Source of the DNA: Aigarchaeota archaeon
GTDB lineage: Archaea; Thermoproteota; Nitrososphaeria_A; Caldarchaeales; Calditenuaceae
Assembly (NCBI GenBank): GCA_025059745.1
Contig: JANXDH010000004.1
Location: forward strand, 533,646-597,645
Length of the DNA stretch: 64,000 nucleotides
Reading direction: 5' to 3'
Below, piece after piece: positions 28,355 to 37,803 of this stretch. The notes under the pieces were generated by a model. That model saw only the letters and a list, made by a program, of their open reading frames with translations, was not told the origin of the DNA and searched no databases. A program made the position numbers and the translations under genes. The number at the start of each line of letters is the position of its first letter. Positions within the stretch are counted from its first letter, which is position 1.

Positions 28355-28451
28355 TCAGCCCTCATCTAATTTCTTTACTATAAAAACCATAGTCTACTGA
28401 ACGTGTTGTTTGGATGCACTTATAAGTACCTGACCGAGAGAGACTCGTGGT

Positions 28452-28910
28452 ATGAGGGTAGGAGAGTTAGCGCCCAACTTCTCTCTGCCAGATCACGAAA
28501 ACAGAGTCCGCTCCCTCAGAGACCTCTTGGAGAACAAGAAGTTCCTTATCCTCTACTTCTATCCCAAGGACGATACCCCGGGTTGCACCAAGGAGGCGTG
28601 CGGCTTTAGAGACCTACTGAATGAGATCCGTGGGATGAACGGCGACGTGGTGGGGATAAGCGTGGATGACGCGCGCTCCCATCAGTCGTTCTCTAAGAAG
28701 TACTCTCTGGGCTTCACCTTATTAACGGACAGCAAGGGCGAGGTCGCTCGACTCTTCGACAGCTTCAGCGAGGAGAAGGGCAGGTGTCTCAGAAAGACAT
28801 TCGTGATCGATGAGAAGGGTAGAGTGATTGGTGCGTTCGAGGAGATTAAGGCAGAGGATCACCCGCTGAGGGCCTTGGAGTACGTCAAGGAAAAGATCGG
28901 TAGAGGCTAG
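28452..28910 (+). CDS. bcp: peroxiredoxin, Bcp type
   Basis: YFYPKDDTPGCTKEACGFRD peroxidatic and resolving Cys motif. 152 aa. Confidence 0.9.
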   Translation: MRVGELAPNFSLPDHENRVRSLRDLLENKKFLILYFYPKDDTPGCTKEACGFRDLLNEIRGMNGDVVGISVDDARSHQSFSKKYSLGFTLLTDSKGEVARLFDSFSEEKGRCLRKTFVIDEKGRVIGAFEEIKAEDHPLRALEYVKEKIGRG

Positions 28911-30484
28911 GGATGGGCGCGCGGATGTTCGACGATCCCCAAGTAGATCTCCCCCCTCTGTGATCTGTACGCAGGTACCCCGATCGCCACGGTCATCATG
29001 TTCTCCTTATCCGCGGCATGAGGCGAGAAGAACTCTCTGACGTCGTCATCGTAAAACGTCAGGCCCGTAGCGCCCAGACCCAGTGCGTAAGCCGCGAGGT
29101 ACGTCCTCCCAGCGCGGACCCCAGCCTCTAACTGGCACGCCCTGTAACCCCTCTCTCCGAGCATCTTCACCACCTCTCTCACGTCAGCCATGAAGAAGAG
29201 CACCGCGCTCGCGTCGCCCCCGAGGTCCTGCTCCAGACACAGGTGCCTCGAGACCGTCCTAAACCTCCCCCTCTTCAAGCCAACCAGACTGTCTCTGACC
29301 CGATCGTAGAAGTATGCGCCCTCCTCTAGTCCGTCTACCTCGTTTACTATTAAATAGATATCGAGTAACGAGAGGGTTGGCTTTATGGTGAAATCGGAGT
29401 TCAGGCTCGATGAAGAACAGCGCAATATCGTCTCTAGGTCTCCCCTTTTTATTGGCCTGCGGCTGAACCGCCTCGTGGAGCCCCTCTGGAGTATCACCTC
29501 GTGGAGAGGTCTATCGTTCTCTGATGGTATCTCGACCCTCATATCCACCAGTCTATCGTCGGTGATCTTCGACCTAGCGTACTCAGCGACGCGGGCCCTC
29601 CACTCTCTGAGAGCTTCTGCACTCTGTAATGCGGAGGTCTCGAAGGCCTTGACTATCGCCGGGTAACTCAACTCTCTGGGTGAGTACGGTAGCCTCGGGA
29701 GATCCAGACTATCCAGCTGTTCGATGGCCCTAGGTACGGTAGCTGCACCCCCATTGACCTTCATATCAAGGACGGCGATCGCTGACTCCTCCATCCCGCC
29801 TATCCCCAATAAGTCGTTGACCCTCTTGTCAACGAACCCTACAAATATCTTAGACTCGATACCTAACGCGTTGGCTACGGAGATCATGTTCGCAAGGATG
29901 ACCCCACCATCCCAGAAGGAGTGGCGATAAGACCTCTCTCCGTACTTCCACGCGTTGCGCCAGGGAACCGAGGTGAGAATTACGCTCGCCCCACACCCCT
30001 TCACCGAGTCGTCCAACGTCGCCTCCCTCATCCACCATCTGAAGTCTCCCCTCCTCAGTACTGTCAGCACGAACTCTCCCGGGTCAAAATGGTAGACCCC
30101 TTGCTCCAAACCCACCACGTTATGACTGACCACGTAGAGCTCTGATTGATAGAGTGCGCCAGTGCACGGTGCTGCCCTGAAGTAGAACCTCTCGCCGAAG
30201 TACTCCCTGACTCTAGTTATCCCGTAGGAGAAGAATAGCAGCCCCGAGAGTGAACTGACGTCCAGACGTTCCATGACCTCAGATCTGCCCGTTATCGATC
30301 TCAGGGCCGAGCTCTTTGGTAGTCTCAACTCCTTGGGCAGGTGAACCCTCTCACCGTCTAGGTAGACCTTGAATGGGTAGGGCTTGTTGCTCCAGTCCAA
30401 CCTGTGGCCTGAACTCCTAATGCTGATGTAGCTGTGTTTGGTTGACTCGTGGTAAGTTAATGCGTAGCTCTCCTCCCCCCTCAT
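28907..30484 (-). CDS. tandem SagB-type (nitroreductase-superfamily) dehydrogenase domain protein
   Basis: N-terminal YHESTKH motif (SagB-type dehydrogenase signature). Two nitroreductase-like halves. 525 aa. Confidence 0.6.
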   Translation of the reverse strand: MRGEESYALTYHESTKHSYISIRSSGHRLDWSNKPYPFKVYLDGERVHLPKELRLPKSSALRSITGRSEVMERLDVSSLSGLLFFSYGITRVREYFGERFYFRAAPCTGALYQSELYVVSHNVVGLEQGVYHFDPGEFVLTVLRRGDFRWWMREATLDDSVKGCGASVILTSVPWRNAWKYGERSYRHSFWDGGVILANMISVANALGIESKIFVGFVDKRVNDLLGIGGMEESAIAVLDMKVNGGAATVPRAIEQLDSLDLPRLPYSPRELSYPAIVKAFETSALQSAEALREWRARVAEYARSKITDDRLVDMRVEIPSENDRPLHEVILQRGSTRRFSRRPIKRGDLETILRCSSSSLNSDFTIKPTLSLLDIYLIVNEVDGLEEGAYFYDRVRDSLVGLKRGRFRTVSRHLCLEQDLGGDASAVLFFMADVREVVKMLGERGYRACQLEAGVRAGRTYLAAYALGLGATGLTFYDDDVREFFSPHAADKENMMTVAIGVPAYRSQRGEIYLGIVEHPRAHP

Positions 30485-30538
30485 ACTGACACCCCATCGA
30501 CCACTCCACGTGATAAAAGTGTCGCGTTTTTATCTCGC

Positions 30539-31270
30539 TTGGTTTATCATGTAACTGGGTACTTGCCGGGACCCGGGTTCAACCTTAGGGCCTTTAAGGA
30601 GGCCGTAGACGAGCAGATGAGTCAGCTGCCTGACCTGAGGTCCTTCTGTGACCGCTGTCTGAGGACAGAGAGGTGGAGGGGGAGCGTGGTGTTGATGGTA
30701 GTGGACGCCTCTTTCACCTCCATCGGCATGAGCTACCTCAGGGCCGTGGTCCCGAGCGTTCTGAACTTCGAGAGGAGGTTCGTGAGGAGCGGTGTGATCG
30801 CATCCCTGAGGGACCTGACCGAGGTGCCGACAAGAGCTCTTAAGGCCGTGTGGAAGAATGAGCGTTCTTGGGCGATCGCCAAGGGCATAGCTGAGACCCT
30901 GACAGGACTCTCATCCGACGATAGGTCTGCGCTCCGAGGGTGGGCCGAGCGGAGTAGCCTCTCAGGTATGCGGGATGATCCGATAGGCCGTCTGAAGGGT
31001 GTAGGGCCGGTCACCTTCCAATACCTGCGCATGATGGGAGGTGTGGACACCGTCATGCCTGATAAGGTCGTCAAGAAGGTCCTCAACGAATTCATTATCA
31101 AGTCTGGAGGTGTGGCCCCAAAGGGTAACGTAGAGTTCGTCGAGACGATAGAGTGGCTGGCCAGGGAGTGTGGTTACAGGCCGGTAGAGCTCTGCTGGAT
31201 GACCTGGTTGCTCACGTCCGATAGGGAAGTACGAGTAAATTATGACACCGCGATACTGGAACGCATCTAG
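30539..31270 (+). CDS. hypothetical protein with helix-hairpin-helix-like motif
   Basis: LKGVGPVTFQYLRMMGGVDTVMPDKVVKKVL resembles the HhH-GPD hairpin of EndoIII-like proteins. No other motif recognised. Confidence 0.35.
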   Translation: MVYHVTGYLPGPGFNLRAFKEAVDEQMSQLPDLRSFCDRCLRTERWRGSVVLMVVDASFTSIGMSYLRAVVPSVLNFERRFVRSGVIASLRDLTEVPTRALKAVWKNERSWAIAKGIAETLTGLSSDDRSALRGWAERSSLSGMRDDPIGRLKGVGPVTFQYLRMMGGVDTVMPDKVVKKVLNEFIIKSGGVAPKGNVEFVETIEWLARECGYRPVELCWMTWLLTSDREVRVNYDTAILERI

Positions 31271-31344
31271 TTCTCTTGAATCGATCCCTGACCGGTCCCG
31301 CTTAATACAGAGTTAAATGATGGGAAACTCGACGAGGTTACGTA

Positions 31345-32268
31345 ATGAAGACGGCGCTGGAGGAGTACGTGTTCCAGGACTTCACCGTGCTGACCTTGGA
31401 GAGTCCCACTTTTAAGGAACTGGAGGACCTCGGTAGTAGGTTCGGGTTCCACAGGTTAGAGATAGAGGACTGTCTATCTAGGAGACAGCTCTCCAAGATC
31501 GAGCACTACCCTGACCACCTTTTCGTCATACTCCGCTTCCCGGCCATGATAGGCAAAGAGAAGGTCGTCGTCCCAGCTCAACTATCAGCATTTCTGAGGG
31601 ACGATTACCTAGTCATCGTACACGACCCGCGGCTCAGCTCGTTAAAGAACGTCATAGCTGAACTTAAAGGGAAAGAGGGCAAGATAAAATCGCCCAGCTT
31701 CGTCCTCTATAAGATCATAGACAGACTCATCGATGACCTCTTTCCGATATTAGAGAATCTAATGGACGACATAGAGGCGATCGAGGACCTCGTGTTCGAC
31801 GAGAAGCTGGTAGGGGTCAGAGAGGTGTCCACCCTCAGGAGGAGGGTCTCCTCATTGAGGAGGATAGTTTATCAGTTACGAAGGACCTTGGGCGACCTAG
31901 CCGTTGAACTCCAGATGAGGAGCAAGGAGGACCTCTCGGCCTACCTGAGAGACCTCAACGATCACGTAGAGAAAGTCTGGGAAGTGCTTGAGGAGGCAAA
32001 GGAGGTGATAGAGATCTACAAGGACACGGACTTCGTCCTCAGCACCGAGCTCACTAACAAGATCCTAGCCGTCCTTACGGTGATATTCACAGCGACCATA
32101 CCCGCGACACTGGTGGCGTCATTCTACGGCATGAACGTCGATCTCCCGCTGGCCGACTTACGTCTGCCTCTGATAGGGGAGTACAGCGCGTTCGCCATAC
32201 TTGTGGGGGGCTCCCTGACGATAGCCGGCGTCATGATGTACTTCTTTAGAAAAATAAGGTGGCTCTGA
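31345..32268 (+). CDS. corA: CorA family Mg2+/Co2+ transporter
   Basis: YGMN signature before the last TM helix, two C-terminal TM helices, and a large cytoplasmic N-domain. 307 aa. Confidence 0.9.
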   Translation: MKTALEEYVFQDFTVLTLESPTFKELEDLGSRFGFHRLEIEDCLSRRQLSKIEHYPDHLFVILRFPAMIGKEKVVVPAQLSAFLRDDYLVIVHDPRLSSLKNVIAELKGKEGKIKSPSFVLYKIIDRLIDDLFPILENLMDDIEAIEDLVFDEKLVGVREVSTLRRRVSSLRRIVYQLRRTLGDLAVELQMRSKEDLSAYLRDLNDHVEKVWEVLEEAKEVIEIYKDTDFVLSTELTNKILAVLTVIFTATIPATLVASFYGMNVDLPLADLRLPLIGEYSAFAILVGGSLTIAGVMMYFFRKIRWL

Positions 32269-32277
32269 GAATCACAT

Positions 32278-33138
32278 TTAAAGATTCAGAGAGGCGTTCG
32301 ATAACGAGCGATAGTCCTCATCCGAGAGTCTCCACCCAGATGCCCCGGCGTTCTCCTCTAGGTGGGGTCTCTTGATGGCCTTCGGTATCGTGATCACGTT
32401 CTCATCATGGACGACCCAGTTCAGTAGTATCTGGACCGGCGTCCTCTGGTACCTCTCGGCGAGTCTCGACACGACCTTATACAATTCGCTCCTCTTGTTA
32501 TTGAGCTGTGCGAGCAGACGGCCCTTTCCCAACGGGCTGTAAGCGGTTACTGTGATCCTTTCGCGAGAGCAGTGTTGTAGGAGGCCGTTCTCGGCCCACC
32601 TCGACAGCAGGCTATACTCGACCTGATTGGCGACCACCTCGGTCACCGAGAGGTACGACCGCGCCTGCTCTACCTCATCGATTGAGAAATTGCTCACACC
32701 GATGTGTCTGATCTTACCGTCTCTGTAAAGCTTTTCCAGGGCCTTCATCGTGTCCCTGAGCGGTACCTCCCTGTTCGGCCAGTGTATCATATAGAGGTCT
32801 ACGTACTTCATTCCGAGCCTCCTAAGAGTTGCATCACACGATCTTATCACGTCATCGTATCTGAGGTTGGTGGGCCATACCTTGCTGGCCACGAACACCT
32901 GATCACGCGGGTACTGCCTGAGGGCCTCGCCGACCAACTCCTCTGCGTGCCCCGCAGCGTACATCTCTGCAGTATCTATGTGCGTCATCCCTAACTCGAC
33001 AGCATACTTGATTGCATTGATAGCATCTAGGTCGTGGGAGTAGTCGGGTATAGACCTGCCACCGATCTCCCAGGTCCCTAATCCTATCTCGGGGATATAC
33101 TCGTCTGTGGACCCGAGTCTCTTTTTAATAATCGACAT
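32278..33138 (-). CDS. aldo/keto reductase
   Basis: IGLGTWEIGG N-terminal motif and AKR (alpha/beta)8 colinearity with catalytic Tyr/Lys region. 286 aa. Confidence 0.85.
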   Translation of the reverse strand: MSIIKKRLGSTDEYIPEIGLGTWEIGGRSIPDYSHDLDAINAIKYAVELGMTHIDTAEMYAAGHAEELVGEALRQYPRDQVFVASKVWPTNLRYDDVIRSCDATLRRLGMKYVDLYMIHWPNREVPLRDTMKALEKLYRDGKIRHIGVSNFSIDEVEQARSYLSVTEVVANQVEYSLLSRWAENGLLQHCSRERITVTAYSPLGKGRLLAQLNNKRSELYKVVSRLAERYQRTPVQILLNWVVHDENVITIPKAIKRPHLEENAGASGWRLSDEDYRSLSNASLNL

Positions 33139-33272
33139 CTGGTTGATACGTGTTAAAGGACATTTTTTAATTTTTTCCCTCTTTTACGCACGCCCTCCGA
33201 GGACCCTCGAGATCATCGAGGTAGCCCCCAGTGCTAGCGCCCGTGACCGGCGACTCCGTTTTATCACGAAAA

Positions 33273-33289
33273 ATTAGGAGCGTCCTAAT
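33273..33289. promoter_or_regulatory. perfect 7-bp inverted repeat ATTAGGA-gcg-TCCTAAT in a 320-bp divergent intergenic region
   Basis: Seen directly in the sequence. Candidate transcription-factor operator between the aldo/keto reductase and ABC ATPase genes. Confidence 0.3.
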
Positions 33290-33457
33290 ATTTAGTCGTG
33301 ACGCTGTAAGGTAATCATAACACTCCTTGTGCACAGATCTAATCAATAGACGCGAGCAAGCCCTCGAGCGATCAACTAAGAGCCAACGAGATCGAGTCAG
33401 TTCATCACAAACAAATTTTTTAGGCGCTCCCCCCTCCTTACCATTAGATACCCGCAT

Positions 33458-34456
33458 ATGGCAGGCGTTATCGAGACCGTCAATTTAGTCAAACGATTCG
33501 GTGATGTGGTGGCTGTCGACGACGTTAGCATAAGCGTTGAGGACGGTGAGCTCTTCGGTTTCCTCGGACCTAACGGGGCGGGGAAGACCACCACCATCAA
33601 TATACTCACCACCCTAATGCGTCCAACATCAGGTAGGGCTGTGGTGGGAGGTTACGACGTGGTAGAGAACCCCAACGAGGTGAGGAGGATCGTTGGGGTA
33701 GTGCCTCAGGAGTTGACGGTCGATGAGGATCTGACTGGATGGGAGAACCTGATGCTCCAAGGCGGGCTGTATCACCTGTCGAGCGCCGCTCGGAGGCAAA
33801 GGGCCGAGGAACTGCTCGAGCTCGTGGGCCTCTCAGACGCAAAACATAGGAGGGTGGAGACCTACTCGGGGGGCATGCAGAAGAGGTTGGAGCTGGCATG
33901 CGGACTTATGCATCGACCAAAAGTGTTGTTCCTCGATGAACCTACATTAGGGCTCGACGTCCATACGCGCTCGGCCATATGGGAGTACATAAGGAGGTTG
34001 AGGGACGAGCTGAACATAACTATATTCTTAACCACTCATTACCTTGAGGAGGCCGACGCGCTCTGCAACAGGGTGGCTATAATAGACAAGGGGAGGGTTA
34101 TGGTGACCGGTACGCCGAGCGAGCTGAAGGTGAGAGTAGGGGGTGACATAATAGAACTCGAGACGTTCAACGGTCACGAGGGTCTGGTCCACGCTCTGAA
34201 GGAGATAGACGGGGTGAAGAGGGTGATTAGCAGAGATAGGGCGTACCATCTGACCGTTGAGAGGGGAGAGGAGGTGTTGCCGACCATCCTGGAGGCGTTC
34301 GTCAGGTTGGGCGTCAAGGTAACAAAAGTCACGATGAAGAGGCCGACGTTGGACGAGGTATTCTTAGAATACACTGGTAGGCAGCTGAGACAGGAGAGCT
34401 CGGACTGGGAGGACAAACTCAAGAGCAGGTTCACCATCAGGAGGATTAGATCTTGA
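33458..34456 (+). CDS. ABC transporter ATP-binding protein (ABC-2/DrrA-like)
   Basis: Walker A FLGPNGAGKTT, signature YSGGMQKRL, Walker B LFLDEPT. 332 aa. Confidence 0.9.
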   Translation: MAGVIETVNLVKRFGDVVAVDDVSISVEDGELFGFLGPNGAGKTTTINILTTLMRPTSGRAVVGGYDVVENPNEVRRIVGVVPQELTVDEDLTGWENLMLQGGLYHLSSAARRQRAEELLELVGLSDAKHRRVETYSGGMQKRLELACGLMHRPKVLFLDEPTLGLDVHTRSAIWEYIRRLRDELNITIFLTTHYLEEADALCNRVAIIDKGRVMVTGTPSELKVRVGGDIIELETFNGHEGLVHALKEIDGVKRVISRDRAYHLTVERGEEVLPTILEAFVRLGVKVTKVTMKRPTLDEVFLEYTGRQLRQESSDWEDKLKSRFTIRRIRS

Positions 34457-34493
34457 AGACGGCATATGGTCGTCTAGCGGGTGAGGCAGTCTC

Positions 34494-35351
34494 ATGAGTA
34501 CTCGGTTGCGTGACTTGATCTCTATCACCAAGCCAAAGATCGCGCTGTTGAACCTGATGACCTGCCTCACCTGCTACTTCGCTGGTAGCGGCCCTATCGT
34601 CGGCGCACTACCGCTCTTTATCTCGGGATACTTGGCCGCTGGTGGATCTGCAGTCCTCAACAATTATCTCGATAAGGAGTTGGACTCAAAGATGCGTAGG
34701 ACAGTCAAAAGACCAATTCCCTCTGGAAGGTTAAACCCCTTCCTTACGCTGGTCATGGGTTTACTGATGCTCATCGCATCTCTGGTGATCTCCGCCTACA
34801 CCCTTAACCCGTTAACGTCTCTACTCATGCTCTCAGGAGCCCTGTTCTACGTGATCGTCTACACCCTCGTCCTGAAGAGGAGGACGTATTGGAACATCGT
34901 CATAGGTGGGGCCGCGGGTAGCTTTCCACCATTGGCGGGGTGGGCCGCTGCCACAGGTACGGTAGCCGCAGTACCGGCGTTGCTCGCGGTCTTAATTTTC
35001 CTCTGGACCCCAGGACACTTCTGGGCGCTCTCGATAAGGGCTGTGGATGATTACAGGGCCGCGGGTATACCGATGCTCCCAGCTGTAGTGGGCGTTGAGA
35101 GGGCCTCTGAGGTCACCGGAGCCTCCAACCTCTCTATGCTGCCGCTGTGGGGACTCTGCACCTTCCTCGTTCCCAACCCCGTGCTATACCTCTTGGTCTC
35201 TGCCCCTCTGACATTCGTCCTCTCGTTCTACAGTCTGAGGCTGATGTCGTCACACGATCCGGGAATCGCTTGGAAGTTGTTCAAGTACTCGAGCCCATGG
35301 TTGATGTCGGTCTGTATAGCAGTCCTGGTATCCTATTTGATCGTCCCATGA
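34494..35351 (+). CDS. ctaB: protoheme IX farnesyltransferase (heme O synthase, UbiA family)
   Basis: ITKPKIALLNL N-terminus, UbiA motif NNYLDKELDSKMRRTVKRPIPSG, and ~8 TM segments. 285 aa. Confidence 0.85.
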   Translation: MSTRLRDLISITKPKIALLNLMTCLTCYFAGSGPIVGALPLFISGYLAAGGSAVLNNYLDKELDSKMRRTVKRPIPSGRLNPFLTLVMGLLMLIASLVISAYTLNPLTSLLMLSGALFYVIVYTLVLKRRTYWNIVIGGAAGSFPPLAGWAAATGTVAAVPALLAVLIFLWTPGHFWALSIRAVDDYRAAGIPMLPAVVGVERASEVTGASNLSMLPLWGLCTFLVPNPVLYLLVSAPLTFVLSFYSLRLMSSHDPGIAWKLFKYSSPWLMSVCIAVLVSYLIVP

Positions 35352-35412
35352 GATCTTTTGGTGCGTACATCAATCAAGGATTTATACGACGTCCACGACC
35401 GGGGTTGTCAGA

Positions 35413-36282
35413 TTGAGGGAAGTACTGAGCGAGATATCGGCCCTTACGATGAGGGAATTGAAGCACTGGTACAGGTCACCGTTCCTGCTCGTCATGACCT
35501 TCGTTCAGCCCGTGTTATGGATGGGCCTCTTCGGGAAGGCCATGAACTTGACTGGGATCCTGAGAGTCCCCGAGGAGGTCCTCGCGCAGCTTCCCCCTTA
35601 CATCTCATCAGAGATCTCAGCGGTCTTCAACAAGGTCATCTCCAACGTATTCGGTACTCCCCACGCTGACTACTTCACGTTCATGTCAGTGGGGATGCCC
35701 ATAATAGTCATACTCTTTACGTCCATGTCGAGCGGTATCTCGATCTCGTGGGACAGGCGTCTCGGGTTCCTAAACAAACTACTGGTCGCGCCTGTGAGGA
35801 GGGGGTCTATAATACTCGCAAAGGTCCTCTCAGGTGTGATAAGGTCAGGTGTTCAGGCCGCGTTGGTGTTATTGGTCGCTGTGGCCTTCGGCGCTAAGTA
35901 CGTTACGCCCCATCCGCTGATGATACTCGTCTTGATCGGTGCGATACTGCTGTTGGCCCTCGGTATCTCGTCACTCTTCATCCTTCTAGGCATCAGACTG
36001 AAGTCCTGGGAGTCCCAGATGACTCTCATGAACCTTCTTACCTTGCCCTTAATGTTCGCGAGCAACGTTTTCTATCCCCTCGATATAATGCCCCAGTGGT
36101 TGCAGGTCGTTGCGCAGCTCAACCCGCTGACTTACGCTGTCGACCTCCTACGCCAGCTTCTAGTCACTGGTTCATACGAGAACTACCTCTTCTTCGGAGA
36201 GCTTGGTGGACTCGTCCTGTTCACGTTATCTGTGACGTTCCTTAGCGTACTATTTGCTGAGAGGGGCTTGAGACGAGATTAG
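35413..36282 (+). CDS. ABC-2 type exporter permease
   Basis: ABC-2 membrane protein topology (6 TM). 289 aa. Likely partner of the ATPase at 33458. Confidence 0.75.
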   Translation: MREVLSEISALTMRELKHWYRSPFLLVMTFVQPVLWMGLFGKAMNLTGILRVPEEVLAQLPPYISSEISAVFNKVISNVFGTPHADYFTFMSVGMPIIVILFTSMSSGISISWDRRLGFLNKLLVAPVRRGSIILAKVLSGVIRSGVQAALVLLVAVAFGAKYVTPHPLMILVLIGAILLLALGISSLFILLGIRLKSWESQMTLMNLLTLPLMFASNVFYPLDIMPQWLQVVAQLNPLTYAVDLLRQLLVTGSYENYLFFGELGGLVLFTLSVTFLSVLFAERGLRRD

Positions 36283-36352
36283 CGTTTAAGAAAGTGGCCG
36301 GTCTATCGACGTACAAAAGATTTATAACTGTTAATAAGTAAACAATCAATGA

Positions 36353-37090
36353 TTGACGCTTACAATGCTTGAGGGCACGGGCATCACTAAAAGGTTCGGT
36401 GGCCTCATCGCTCTCAACAACGTTGATTTTCGTATAGATGAAGAGGAGATATTGGCACTGATAGGACCTAACGGATCCGGCAAAACCACCCTCTTCAACG
36501 TAATTACCGGTCTGATAAAACCTGATAAAGGCCGTGTAACATTCAACGGCAGCGATATAACCCACAAGCCGCCGCACGAGATCGCTAAGTCCGGTATAGC
36601 GCGTACGTTCCAGATAGTGAGACCTTTCAAGAACCTGAGCGTGAGGGAGAACGTGGCAATAGCCGCGATGCACGGAAAGGAACCATTGGACATGAGGAGG
36701 GCTCTCAAGAGGGCCGAGGAACTGTTGAGAGTGGTGGGGCTGGAGGACAGGATTTATTCTACGGCCAACTCTTTAACCCTCATGGAGATGAAGAGGATGG
36801 AGGTCGCAAGGGCCCTCGCTCTGTCCCCCCGAATCCTACTCTTGGACGAACCAATGGCCGGATTGAGACCAAGTGAGATAGATCAGGCGAACCAACTCAT
36901 AAATCATATAAGGGCCGAGCTGGGAGTGAGCGTCTTTTTAGTCGAACACGTGATGAAAGTAGTCGTCTCAGTAGCGGACAGGGTTATGGTCTTAAATTAC
37001 GGAGAAAAGATCGCCGAGGGGACACCGACTCAAGTCATGAACGAGACCAAGGTCATAGAAGCGTACCTGGGGGCCCGTGAGATGAGATGA
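36353..37090 (+). CDS. livG: branched-chain amino acid ABC transporter ATP-binding protein LivG-like
   Basis: Walker A IGPNGSGKTT, signature, Walker B LLLDEP. 245 aa. Confidence 0.85.
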   Translation: MTLTMLEGTGITKRFGGLIALNNVDFRIDEEEILALIGPNGSGKTTLFNVITGLIKPDKGRVTFNGSDITHKPPHEIAKSGIARTFQIVRPFKNLSVRENVAIAAMHGKEPLDMRRALKRAEELLRVVGLEDRIYSTANSLTLMEMKRMEVARALALSPRILLLDEPMAGLRPSEIDQANQLINHIRAELGVSVFLVEHVMKVVVSVADRVMVLNYGEKIAEGTPTQVMNETKVIEAYLGAREMR

Positions 37091-37803
37091 TGCTAGGCGT
37101 CGACAACGTAGTTGCAGGATACGGTGAGGTAACCGTTCTCAAAGGAATTAATTTGACGGTGAGAAAAGGAGAGATAGTGTCGCTATTAGGAGCTAATGGT
37201 GCGGGGAAGACAACGACTTTAAAGGTCATCTCCGGACTACTCCAACCGAAAGGTGGCCGCGTTTCGTTCAACGGTCATGATATAACGACGGCGAGGACCA
37301 ATGAGCGGGTAAAGATGGGAATAATATTGGTCCCGGAAGGCAGGCAACTCTTTCCGAGGATGACGGTGCTGGAGAACCTAGAACTCGGTGCCTACACTAA
37401 AAAGGCTAGGACGAGAATTAAGGAGACGCTTCATCGCGTCTATGAACTGTTCCCAATCCTTAAGGAGAGGAAGTTTCAACTCGCTGGGACTTTGAGCGGA
37501 GGCGAGCAACAGATGTTGGCTATTGGACGAGGTCTCATGGCCCTACCCGAACTACTCCTGTTAGATGAACCATCGTTAGGCCTCGCGCCAAAGATCGTTA
37601 AGCTCGTGATGGACGCAATAGACAGAATAAACAAGGTGGACGGCATCACGGTCCTTTTAATTGAACAGAACGTCTATAGGTCTCTTCAGATTTCTGATAG
37701 GGCATACATAATCGAGAACGGTATGATAACCTTGGAGGGATCCGGTCAAGAACTTCTGAACGAACCGAGGGTTAGGTCGGCGTACCTCGGTCTGTCAGCC
37801 TAG
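37087..37803 (+). CDS. livF: branched-chain amino acid ABC transporter ATP-binding protein LivF-like
   Basis: Walker A LGANGAGKTTT, signature LSGGEQQML, Walker B LLLDEPS. ATGA overlap with livG. Confidence 0.85.
   Translation: MMLGVDNVVAGYGEVTVLKGINLTVRKGEIVSLLGANGAGKTTTLKVISGLLQPKGGRVSFNGHDITTARTNERVKMGIILVPEGRQLFPRMTVLENLELGAYTKKARTRIKETLHRVYELFPILKERKFQLAGTLSGGEQQMLAIGRGLMALPELLLLDEPSLGLAPKIVKLVMDAIDRINKVDGITVLLIEQNVYRSLQISDRAYIIENGMITLEGSGQELLNEPRVRSAYLGLSA

Noticed and set aside
33167-33457. 96-aa minus-strand ORF filling the long intergenic region
   Set aside because: It overlaps both flanking promoter regions, has no motif, and ends inside the T-rich promoter block of the aldo/keto reductase. 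More likely non-coding.
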